From: an uncultured Thermoleophilia bacterium | Lineage (GTDB): Bacteria > Actinomycetota > Thermoleophilia > UBA2241 | Assembly (NCBI GenBank): GCA_963696935.1 | Contig: CAVOMB010000049.1 | Location: 9,867 to 73,866 of the forward strand | Length of the DNA stretch: 64,000 nt | Reading direction: 5' to 3' | In this document: positions 1-8,254 of the stretch, in pieces | How the letters are laid out: each line of letters starts with the position of its first letter | Numbering within the stretch: position 1 is the stretch's first letter | The notes under the pieces: model-generated | Seen by the model: only the letters and a program-made list of their open reading frames with translations | Told to the model about the DNA's origin: nothing | Databases searched by the model: none | Program-made: the position numbers and the translations under genes

Positions 1-3
1 CAG

Positions 4-732
4 ATGATGGAAGAGCCGGACGACCTCCAGCCGATCGACGGGATCGACGAGGAAGAAGAGACCGAGTTCGCCACCATCGGCGGCGGGACCACCATCGAGG
101 AGGCCAAGCGCACCGCGCTCGAGGGGCTGCGTAAGATCGTCCCGTACATCAACCCCGCCGACGTCGAGTACGAAGTCCTGGACGAGGGCAGCAAGGGCGG
201 GTTCTTCGGCCGCGGCAAGATGGAGGCCCGGGTCGAGGCCCGGCTCCGCCCGCCGGACGAACGGGTCGACGCCGATCTGCCTCCGGGCGCCGAACTGCTC
301 CGCGAGTTCATCCAGACCACCGTCGACCTCATGGGCGTCGAGGCGCAGGTAGGCGCCAGCGAGACTCCCGACTGGGTGCGCGCGGAGATCAGCGGCGACG
401 ACCTCGGCCTGCTCATCGGACGCCACGGCGCCACCATCGACGCCCTGCAGTACATCGCCGCGATCGTCGTGAACGGCGACCGCCGCGAGCGTCGCCAGGT
501 CATCGTCGACGCCGAGGGCTATCGCGACCGCCGCGCGGCGGCGCTCACCGCGCTCGCCGACCGCACCGCGCAGAAGGTCACTCGTGACGCGGCGGCCATC
601 ACGCTCAAGCCCATGACGGCGGCCGAGCGCAAGGTCATCCACCTGCACCTCAAAGACCATCCCCGCGTCCAGACGGAGTCCGAGGGTAACGAACCCTTCC
701 GCGTCGTCGTCGTCTCTCCCAAACAGCCCTAA
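4..732 (+). CDS. jag: Jag/EloR/KhpB RNA-binding protein (Jag_N, KH, R3H domains)
   Basis: Jag_N-like T.EEA...EVLDEGSKGGFFG; KH motif LLIGRHGATIDALQY; R3H motif ERKVIH and SEGNEPFRVVV. Confidence 0.93.
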   Translation: MMEEPDDLQPIDGIDEEEETEFATIGGGTTIEEAKRTALEGLRKIVPYINPADVEYEVLDEGSKGGFFGRGKMEARVEARLRPPDERVDADLPPGAELLREFIQTTVDLMGVEAQVGASETPDWVRAEISGDDLGLLIGRHGATIDALQYIAAIVVNGDRRERRQVIVDAEGYRDRRAAALTALADRTAQKVTRDAAAITLKPMTAAERKVIHLHLKDHPRVQTESEGNEPFRVVVVSPKQP

Positions 733-838
733 GGCCGTCGCCGGCCGGGCACCCTGCTGTAAAGGAGGAGGCCGGTCGAGCCGAGAACAGGACCGCGCGT
801 TCTTTCGCGCGCCCAGAAGTCAAACAGGGAGGATCCAC

Positions 839-1864
839 ATGCGTGTCAACTCCAAGCGCGGAGTCGTGCTGCTCCTCGTGCTGGCGCTTGCGCTCGGCGC
901 CGTCGCCGTCGCCGGCTGCGGCGGGAACAGCAACGCGTCCACGAGTGGGAGCCCGGTGGCCGCGGTCGCGGCGTCCGGCCAGTCCGCCGACCAGATCGTC
1001 AAGGACAGCGAGGCCAAGATGGCGACGGTGAAGAGCGCCGCGTTCACCGCCGACTTCGGCCTGCAGATCCAGGGCGACACCAGCAAGATGACCGACCCGA
1101 CCGCCAAGGCGCTGCTGTCCCAGGGGGTCACCGTCACCGCTCAGGGCGAGAGTGGCAAGACCGACAAGGCAGGTCCTGTCGTCGACATGACCATGAGCCT
1201 CGGCATCGCCGGACAGACGCTCGACTTCGGCATGAAGTCCGCCGGCAAGAAGGCGTGGATCGGGTACCAGGGCTCCTGGTACAAGGTCGACAGCAAGAGC
1301 ACAAAGTCGCTGGACAAGCAGGTTGCCAACGGCGCCGTGCCTACGCAACAGCTCAAGAGCATGGGTGTCGACCCCTCCACGTGGGGCACGTCGTACCAGC
1401 TCGTCGGGACCGAGACGCTGGACGGGGTGCAGGTCTACCACGTCAAGGCGACGGCCGACCCGCAGAAGCTCGCGGATTCGCTGACCAAGGCCGCCGAGAA
1501 CCCGAGCCTGAACAAGCAGCTGGGCAGCGCTACGGGATCGCTCGGTCAGCTAGGCTCCGGGCTCACCGGGAACGCCAAGCAGGCCGAACAGCTCGCCAAG
1601 ACCCTCGAGGACGCCACCGTGGACTACTGGATCGGTGTCGACGACAAGTACATGTATAAGGCGCAGTTCGCCGCCACCATGGACATGACCGGTCAGAAGG
1701 ACATGCAGGGCGTGTCCGGTGTGAGCCTCAAGGGCTCCGTGGCCATGAGCGACTTCGACCAGCCCGTGGCGGTCACGCCTCCGGCCGGCGCCAAGCCGTT
1801 CAAGGACTTCATGAACCAGCTGCTCGGCGGGATGATGGGCGGCACGGGCGGCATGTCGCTCTGA
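839..1864 (+). CDS. Lipoprotein, LppX/LprAFG (LolA-like) fold
   Basis: Lipobox VAVAGC after a hydrophobic signal; GTETLDGVQVYHVKAT, VDYWIG and SDFDQPVAVTPP motifs; GGAGG RBS. Confidence 0.7.
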   Translation: MRVNSKRGVVLLLVLALALGAVAVAGCGGNSNASTSGSPVAAVAASGQSADQIVKDSEAKMATVKSAAFTADFGLQIQGDTSKMTDPTAKALLSQGVTVTAQGESGKTDKAGPVVDMTMSLGIAGQTLDFGMKSAGKKAWIGYQGSWYKVDSKSTKSLDKQVANGAVPTQQLKSMGVDPSTWGTSYQLVGTETLDGVQVYHVKATADPQKLADSLTKAAENPSLNKQLGSATGSLGQLGSGLTGNAKQAEQLAKTLEDATVDYWIGVDDKYMYKAQFAATMDMTGQKDMQGVSGVSLKGSVAMSDFDQPVAVTPPAGAKPFKDFMNQLLGGMMGGTGGMSL

Positions 1865-1903
1865 GGCGAGGGGCGCGGTCGCGGGCGGCGCCGCGTTTGC
1901 GGC

Positions 1904-3434
1904 TCAGCGGTCCCAGTCGAAGTCGCGTGCCTTGGTCTGCTCCCAGGACCCGGACTCGTCGTCGCTGCGCTGTCCGAGCAGCGACTTGCTGAGGAACTCG
2001 GGCGCCTTCTGCGCGGCCTCGCGCGGGGTCTCGGGGTCCGCGGCCGCCGCGGTCGGCGAGGCGGTGGCCGCGGGCTCCGCGGTCGGCGAGGCGGTGGCCG
2101 CGGGCTCCGCGACAGGCTCCGGCGGCGCCTGCGTGCGCTGCGCCGCCGCGCGGCTGATCTGCGCCGAGGCGAGCTGTACGGTGCCGTCGGCGCGCACGCC
2201 GGCGTTGGGCTGCAGCGCGAGCTCCTCGTACCCGCGGTCTTCCATGCTGACGTTGCCGCTGTCCAGGTCGACCTGGAAGCGGTACCAGCCCATAGACCAC
2301 ATGAAGGTGACGGCCACGATCGCGCTGTCGAACCCGACGTGCACGTGCGGCAGGCCGAGCTGCTCGTTGGTCTCGGCGATCTTGCGCGGCACGCGGCTGA
2401 CGTTGAGCAGGTCGACGCCGCGCTGCAGAAGCGTGAGCGAGGCGGCGGCCGCCTCGGCCTCCGCAGCTGTTGGGGCAGCCGGCTGCTCCGCCACCGGGGA
2501 GGGATCGCCCGGGAGTGCGCCGCCGCCGGCGGCTACGGCCGCCGCGGCCTCGGACGCGGCGATCTCGCCGGTGCTGGCGTCGTCCTCACCCGCGACGGCA
2601 GCCGTGGCCGCGGCGATCAGCTCCTGGTCGATGGCCGGGATGGGCTGCGTGTCTTCGAAGACCACGGGGTGGACGGGCGGTGCGGCGGGAGTCTCGGGCT
2701 CGACCGCCGTCGGCGGCGCGTCGTCCACTGGGCCCTGGTCCGTCGGCGGTTCTTCCACCACGGCGGCCCCGACGATCTCTTCCGCCTCGCCGACCTCGCC
2801 GGCGGCCGGCGGGAACACCTGCGCCTGCTCAGCGTCGCGCAGCGCCGCCATTCTCGACGGCGAACTCGGCCGGCGTCTCGCCCCAGGTGCGCTCTCCGGG
2901 CTCCGAAGAGTCGCCGGTGAGCGAGCCGGGTTCGGCCGGCTCGGCGGTACCAACGCGCGCGAACCGGCCGGCGAGCTCCTGCCGCTCGGCCTCGGCACGC
3001 GCCAGTTCGGCCTTGAGGCTCTCGATCTGGGCGTCTTTGTCCTTGAGCGCCTGCCAGAAGGCGTTGCTTTCGGCGTGCGCGTCGCGCGCCGCCGCGGCCG
3101 CCGCGGCTGCAGGGGCTGCCGCCGGCGCGTCGTCGAACCCTGGCGCGGAGTCGAACCCTGGCTCATCGCCGAAGACCGATTCGGGACGCTCGTCGAAGGC
3201 GGACTCGCTGCGCGTCTCGCGCACGCGTCCGTTGTTGGCCGGCGTAGGCGCGGCCGCGACGGGCTCGTGGGCGCCGGCGTAGGCCTGGCCGCAGAGCGAG
3301 CAGATGAGCCGCTCGTCGCCGTGTTCGTCGATGATGGTCTGGGTCCACTCACCGGCGAGGAGGGTACGACCACACTCTGCGCAGACGGCTTGGTCGTTGT
3401 CGTCCTTGCCGCGGCCGAAGATGCGTCCGAACAT
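1904..3434 (-). CDS. Hypothetical protein (N-terminal CxxC..CxxC zinc ribbon, coiled coil, Ala/Pro/Glu linker, globular C-terminal domain), split by a 1-base insertion at ~2851
   Basis: MFGRIFG..CAEC..CSLC..PAEFAVE joins MAALRDAEQ.. when one A is removed from GAG-A-ATG. Confidence 0.65.
2047..2110. repeat. 30-bp tandem duplication in coding sequence (AEPAATASPT x2)
   Basis: ccgcggtcggcgaggcggtggccgcgggct occurs twice in tandem. Confidence 0.85.
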
Positions 3435-3524
3435 CGTCACTCCCGTGTCAGGAACGCCCCGCAGGGCAGAAAAGTTGCTGCAAGAAGGCACATGATAGCA
3501 GAGACCGAGTGGCCCGGCCCCAGG

Positions 3525-3761
3525 TCACTCGTCGTCGTCCGCCTCGTCGGGTACGGTCTCCAGCTGGTCCAGCACGTCACGCGCTCGGGCGAGGTCGCCC
3601 TCGTTCACGAGGATGTGGAACGGGTGGACGGACGGCGTCGGGTAGACCGACGGCGCGCCGGAACCGCCGACCACGGCCTCGACGCCGGCCTGTTGGAGAA
3701 CTCCGACGACGACGTTGGCAAGGCCTGCATCGCTGACGGTCGTCACGGTCACGAGTTCCAT
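3525..3761 (-). CDS. DUF2007-like small protein
   Basis: MELVTVTTVSDAGLANVVVGVLQQAGVEAVV..ILVNEGDLARARDVL; GAGG RBS. Confidence 0.75.
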   Translation of the reverse strand: MELVTVTTVSDAGLANVVVGVLQQAGVEAVVGGSGAPSVYPTPSVHPFHILVNEGDLARARDVLDQLETVPDEADDDE

Positions 3762-3867
3762 GGCGTCACCTCGCAGTCCAAGGGTGGCGGGGCCATCGCC
3801 CACCGTCCTTCGAGTATACCCACGGGGTGCTTGGGGGCGCCGATGGGCGCCCGGCGCGCGAGCGACG

Positions 3868-4713
3868 TCAGCCGACGAGCGCGCGGAGCCGGGCCAGGTT
3901 CTCCTTGTCCGGGCCCTGGCCGTCGAACCCCGGCACCTCGAGGATGCCGGGCAGGTCGGCGAACGCCGGCTCGTTGACCAGCAGCCGGAACGCGTCTTCG
4001 CCGAGGTCGCCCTCCCCGATGTTCTCGTGCCGGTCGCGGTTGCTGCCGAGGGGCGTCTTGGAGTCGTTGAGGTGGAACATGACCAGGCGGTCGGGTCCGC
4101 AGCTCTCGTCGAGCTCGCGGAGGACCTCGTCGATGCCCTCGCGGGTGCGCAGGTCGACGCCCGACTCGAAGATGTGCGCCGTGTCCACGCAGATGCCGAG
4201 ACGCGGGTCGCCGCCGGAGGCGTCGATGATCTGGCCGAGCTCGCGGAAGTCGACGCCCATGGTGCCTCCGGCGCCGGCCGTGTTCTCCAGGAGCAGGCGG
4301 ACCGGCGAGCCTTCGCTGCCCGCGAGGGCGGCACGGAGGCCGGCCTGTACGCGCTCCAGGCCGGCCGCGAACCCGGAGCCCTGGTGGGAGCCGATGTGCG
4401 TCACGATGGCGTCGGCGCCCAGCTGCTCGGCGGCCGTGAGCGCGCCGAGCAGCGACCTCACCGACTTCTCGTAGAAGTCCTCGTTCTCGCTGGCGAGGTT
4501 GATCAGATAGATGGTGTGGATGACGACGAAGCGGATGCGGGACTCCGCGCGCATCTCGCGGAACTTCTGCCAGTCCTTGTCCTTGTAGACCGTCGGTGCC
4601 CACGTGCGCGGGCTGCCGGCGAAGAACTGGACCGCCTCCGCGCCGATGTCCACGCCGTTCTCGATGGCGTGCCACACGCCTCCCGACGACTTCACGTGCG
4701 CGCCGAAGTACAT
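3868..4713 (-). CDS. nfo: Endonuclease IV (AP endonuclease family 2)
   Basis: GAHV, HTIYLINL, LLENTAG, DTAH, HLNDSK, DRHENIGEG metal-ligand motifs. Confidence 0.95.
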   Translation of the reverse strand: MYFGAHVKSSGGVWHAIENGVDIGAEAVQFFAGSPRTWAPTVYKDKDWQKFREMRAESRIRFVVIHTIYLINLASENEDFYEKSVRSLLGALTAAEQLGADAIVTHIGSHQGSGFAAGLERVQAGLRAALAGSEGSPVRLLLENTAGAGGTMGVDFRELGQIIDASGGDPRLGICVDTAHIFESGVDLRTREGIDEVLRELDESCGPDRLVMFHLNDSKTPLGSNRDRHENIGEGDLGEDAFRLLVNEPAFADLPGILEVPGFDGQGPDKENLARLRALVG

Positions 4714-4729
4714 CCTCCCGCCCTCCCCC

Positions 4730-6808
4730 TCAGACGAAGTCGCGCGGCGCCTGGTGCCACCACGACCTCGTGAAGACCTCGCGTTCGTCGCCGTCCTCGC
4801 CTTCGTAGACGGCGACCTCGTCCGCGACGTAGAACGTGTCCGCGTCGCAGGTCATCTCCCCGTGCGTGACGATGTGAAACCGGCCTTGCTCACCGCGGAC
4901 CAGCACGGATTCCGCCTCGACCACGACCTTGGCCGACAGCGGGTCGCCCTCGCTGAGGCCGTAGCTCACCGTGTTCCACTCCTCGCTCTGCCAGCCGTTG
5001 GGGAGGACGACGTTGCCGCCGTCCACGTAGCGGAACGTCCAGGCGATCTCGTCGGCGGCGAGGTCGCGCGTGTAGGCGCGACCGCCCTTGCCGCCGCCGA
5101 GCGTCTTCTCGCCGAGGCCCTCGGGGACGACGGGCGGGTCGAAGGGACGGAGGTCTGCGTCCTCAGGCCGCTCAGGCCGCACCGGCAGCTCGAGCAGACT
5201 CTCGCCGGCGACCACCGTGAGCGTAGCCGGCTCCGGCGAGGGCCACGCCCAGGGCCAGTACGTAGGCGAGAGGGCGAGCCGCAGGCGGTGGCCGGCCGGG
5301 AAGGCCTGAGCAATCGCGTCCAGGGTGATCGTCGCCGTGTACTCCCGGCCGGGCTCCAGCCGCTCAGGCGTCTCGTGGCTCGTCAGGTGGGTCAGGTTGA
5401 AGACCTGGGTCGTGACGAGCTTCGAGGCGCCGCCCGGCGCCACATCGTCCAGCCGGGCGGCGACCAGCGCCCGCGGCCGGTCGCTCGCGAAGCGGAGCGC
5501 GAGCCGCGGGTGGCCGAGGATCTCCAGCCGCTCGGGCAGGGGCGCCGAGGTGAAGCAGAGCGACTGGCCCTCCGCCGCCCGCTGGTCGGGGGCGAAGTCG
5601 CTGGGCTGGCTCTCGGCACACCAGGCACCGGCGTCGGCGCCGCACAGCTGCGCGCCGAGGATGCCGAGGCGGCCGCCGACCGCGCCGTGCGCGGCGGCCG
5701 CCTCGGCATCCGGCGCCCCGTCCGAAGCCGCGTCCCTGAGCACCAGGTCCGCGTCCAGCCGCAGCGTCCGCGGTTCGAGGCGCGGCGAAGGCCACACGTC
5801 CTCCGCCGCCCAGCGTCCGGGCACCTCGTCCATCCACGGGACCGGCGGCGTGGGCTCCTGCATCCAGACGCGCAGCATGGGCTCGTCCATCACGCCCGTG
5901 TCCACGCCCTTGAGCCAGTGGTCCCACCAGCGCAGCGCCTCCTGCAGGAAGCCGATGGCGGGTCCCGGGGTGACGTAGTGCGGGAACGCGTGCGGCCAGG
6001 GCCCGATGAGACCCTTGCGCGGCCCCGGCAGACCGTTCAGCAGGCGCAGCACGCTGTTGGTGTAGCCGTCGGTCCAGCCGCCGACCGCGTACACGGGGAT
6101 CTCGATGGCCGCGTAGTCCTCGCACACCGACCCGTGCCGCCAGTACGCGTCGCGGCGCTGGTGCGCGAGCCACGTGTGGATCCATGGCTTGTTGGTCGCC
6201 AGCCGCTGCTCCCAGAGCTCGCGCCAGCGCTCTCCGACGGCGGGCTCGTGCGGTGGCTGGCACTGCCAGTGCAGCATGCAGGTGCTCCAGTGCAGCAGGT
6301 CGGTGGCCAGCACGCAGCCGCCCTTGTAGTGGACGTCGTCGGCGTAGCGGTCGTCGGTGCTCATGAGTGTGATGACCGCCTTGAGCGCCGGCGGGCGGCG
6401 GGCGGCCAGTTGGAGGCTGTTGAAGCCGCCCCACGAGATGCCCGTCATGCCGACGGCGCCGCTGCACCACGGCTGCGCCGCGATCCAGGCGATGACGTCG
6501 AGCAGGTCCTCCTGCTCCTGGGGGTGGTACTCGTCCTCGAGCACGCCGTCCGACTCGCCGCTGCCGCGCAGGTCCACGCGCACGCAAGCGTAGCCGCGCG
6601 CGGCCCAGTACGGGTGGATGAGGACGTCGCGCGTGGCCATTCCGTCGCTGATCCGGTACGGCACCGCCTCCAGGATGCCCGGCACGGGGTCGGCCTCCGC
6701 GTCCTCGGGCAGCCAGACCCGGGCGGCGAGCCGCGTCCCGTCGCGCATCGGGATCCAGACGTAGTCCAGTCGCCTGACCTCACGAAGTCCCTCGCCGCTC
6801 TCGGCCAT
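4730..6808 (-). CDS. CocE/NonD family (S15) serine hydrolase
   Basis: IPMRDGTRLAAR, GISWGG nucleophile elbow, VGGWTDGY, IGPWPH, PepX C-terminal domain. Confidence 0.92.
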   Translation of the reverse strand: MAESGEGLREVRRLDYVWIPMRDGTRLAARVWLPEDAEADPVPGILEAVPYRISDGMATRDVLIHPYWAARGYACVRVDLRGSGESDGVLEDEYHPQEQEDLLDVIAWIAAQPWCSGAVGMTGISWGGFNSLQLAARRPPALKAVITLMSTDDRYADDVHYKGGCVLATDLLHWSTCMLHWQCQPPHEPAVGERWRELWEQRLATNKPWIHTWLAHQRRDAYWRHGSVCEDYAAIEIPVYAVGGWTDGYTNSVLRLLNGLPGPRKGLIGPWPHAFPHYVTPGPAIGFLQEALRWWDHWLKGVDTGVMDEPMLRVWMQEPTPPVPWMDEVPGRWAAEDVWPSPRLEPRTLRLDADLVLRDAASDGAPDAEAAAAHGAVGGRLGILGAQLCGADAGAWCAESQPSDFAPDQRAAEGQSLCFTSAPLPERLEILGHPRLALRFASDRPRALVAARLDDVAPGGASKLVTTQVFNLTHLTSHETPERLEPGREYTATITLDAIAQAFPAGHRLRLALSPTYWPWAWPSPEPATLTVVAGESLLELPVRPERPEDADLRPFDPPVVPEGLGEKTLGGGKGGRAYTRDLAADEIAWTFRYVDGGNVVLPNGWQSEEWNTVSYGLSEGDPLSAKVVVEAESVLVRGEQGRFHIVTHGEMTCDADTFYVADEVAVYEGEDGDEREVFTRSWWHQAPRDFV

Positions 6809-6943
6809 GTCGACCTCCACTTCGGATGCCCGCCGAGTCTACTGGGCGCTTGGAGAACGCGGCAACGTGCTCCAGGCGACTCGTCGGCATCCTGACGAGT
6901 CGGGGAGGCGGGGAGGTATGTCGCCTCGGGGTCAGCGTCAAAG

Positions 6944-7063
6944 ATGGCGCGAGAAATGACGCCACATCTGACGCCACACCTGACACCAGAGATGGGGTCG
7001 AAGATGACACCAGAGATGGCGCCACATCCGACGCCAGAAGTGGCGCCACATCTGACGCTGACC
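6944..7063. repeat. Array of ten degenerate 12-bp units (consensus MTGACGCCASAK) bracketed by a 13-bp perfect inverted repeat
   Basis: Units start every 12 bp from 6944 to 7052; ggggtcagcgtca (6928-6940) pairs with tgacgctgacccc (7053-7065). Confidence 0.85.
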
Positions 7064-7198
7064 CCCTGCGACACTACGTCTCCCCGGAGACCCGATCGGC
7101 ACCCTCCTCACGCCGGACCTCGCGGACTAGCATCGGGCAAGACCGCGGCTCGTGAGCGCGCCGCGAGCCGAAGGAGGAACAAGAGGAGGGACCCGGAG

Positions 7199-7663
7199 AT
7201 GCAGCTTCCGCTTCTGGTGAGCGTCACGCAGTTGCGTCGCAAAACCACCGACGTGCTTCGGCAGGTGTCAGAGACCGGGCAGCCTGTCTTCGTGACCCAG
7301 TATGGGTCGGTCGAGCTGGTGCTCCTGACCCGCCGGACGTATGAGCGCCTGCTGAGGGCGGCGGAGCAGAAGACCGCGGTGGGAGCGGAGCAGAAGACCG
7401 CGGTGGGAGCGGGGCAGGAGGCGGAGCCGGGGGCGGGGCCGGCGCACACCGGGAAGACAGGTGAGGGGCCGGTCCAGGCGCAGGCCGACCTCGCCGCGGA
7501 CCCGCTGGCCGTCTTCGGACGGCTCCCGAGAGGCACGCTCTTCGAGACGAGATGGGGGCTCGTCCATGCCGACACGGCGGCCTTCTTCATGGAGGAAGGC
7601 GAAGAGGTGAGGCCCCATCTCTCTCCCGAGCGACTTCGGGCGGCCCTGGACGGGGCCGGATGA
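7199..7663 (+). CDS. Phd/YefM-family antitoxin-like protein with C-terminal extension
   Basis: VSVTQLRRKTTDVLRQVSETGQPVFVTQYG..VLLTRRTYERL; purine-rich RBS; internal 24-bp duplication (AEQKTAVG x2). Confidence 0.8.
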   Translation: MQLPLLVSVTQLRRKTTDVLRQVSETGQPVFVTQYGSVELVLLTRRTYERLLRAAEQKTAVGAEQKTAVGAGQEAEPGAGPAHTGKTGEGPVQAQADLAADPLAVFGRLPRGTLFETRWGLVHADTAAFFMEEGEEVRPHLSPERLRAALDGAG

Positions 7664-7767
7664 TTGGGGACGATGCGAGAAGCCCGAGTCCGCGGGAGGC
7701 GCGCGGGCGTGAAGGAACGGCCGCCACCCGCGTGGAATACACAGGCCCTGCCGGCGTTGGAGGCGTG

Positions 7768-8001
7768 ATGGACGAAGAGATGCAGCGTTGCAGTACATGT
7801 CCGGCGTTCTGCGCCGTAGCGGGCACGGACGCGGGCACCTGCCGCGCCGCTCCGCCCACGGTCGTGCAGGGTGAGGCGTTCTTCCGTGGCCCCACGCGTG
7901 AGCTGCCGTTCGGGGCGTTCCCCATGGTGGGCGCGTTCCCGCTCGTCAGGCTGGACGACTACTGCATGTCGCACCCGGGCAACCGGGTCAAGCTGATGTA
8001 G
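7768..8001 (+). CDS. Small Cys-rich hypothetical protein
   Basis: GGAGG RBS; CSTCPAFC..GTCRAAPP..FPLV..DYCMSH pattern. Confidence 0.6.
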   Translation: MDEEMQRCSTCPAFCAVAGTDAGTCRAAPPTVVQGEAFFRGPTRELPFGAFPMVGAFPLVRLDDYCMSHPGNRVKLM

Positions 8002-8254
8002 CAGACGCACACGGCCCCGGGAGGTGGCCGGCCCGCCGCGGGGGCTCGGCCGGCCATCTCTCGGGGCCGCTGCGCGTACGGGCGCCGGACGCGGCGGCTT
8101 CGCCAAGTCCGGCTCGCCCGGCCCGGCCAGACCGAGGGCCGGACGCCCGACCGGCTCGCCCGGCCCGACCCGGCGATGGTAAGGTGGAGCGGCGCGGAGG
8201 CCGGCAGTGCCGCCGCGCCGCCAACGACCCCGACCCCCAGGAGAGTCCCCGCGA

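Noticed and set aside
6944-7063. 12-bp array as a CRISPR
   Set aside because: Contiguous degenerate units with no unique spacers.
8109-8170. ccggctcgcccggccc direct repeat upstream of asnB
   Set aside because: Two copies in extremely GC-rich sequence; weak evidence of function.
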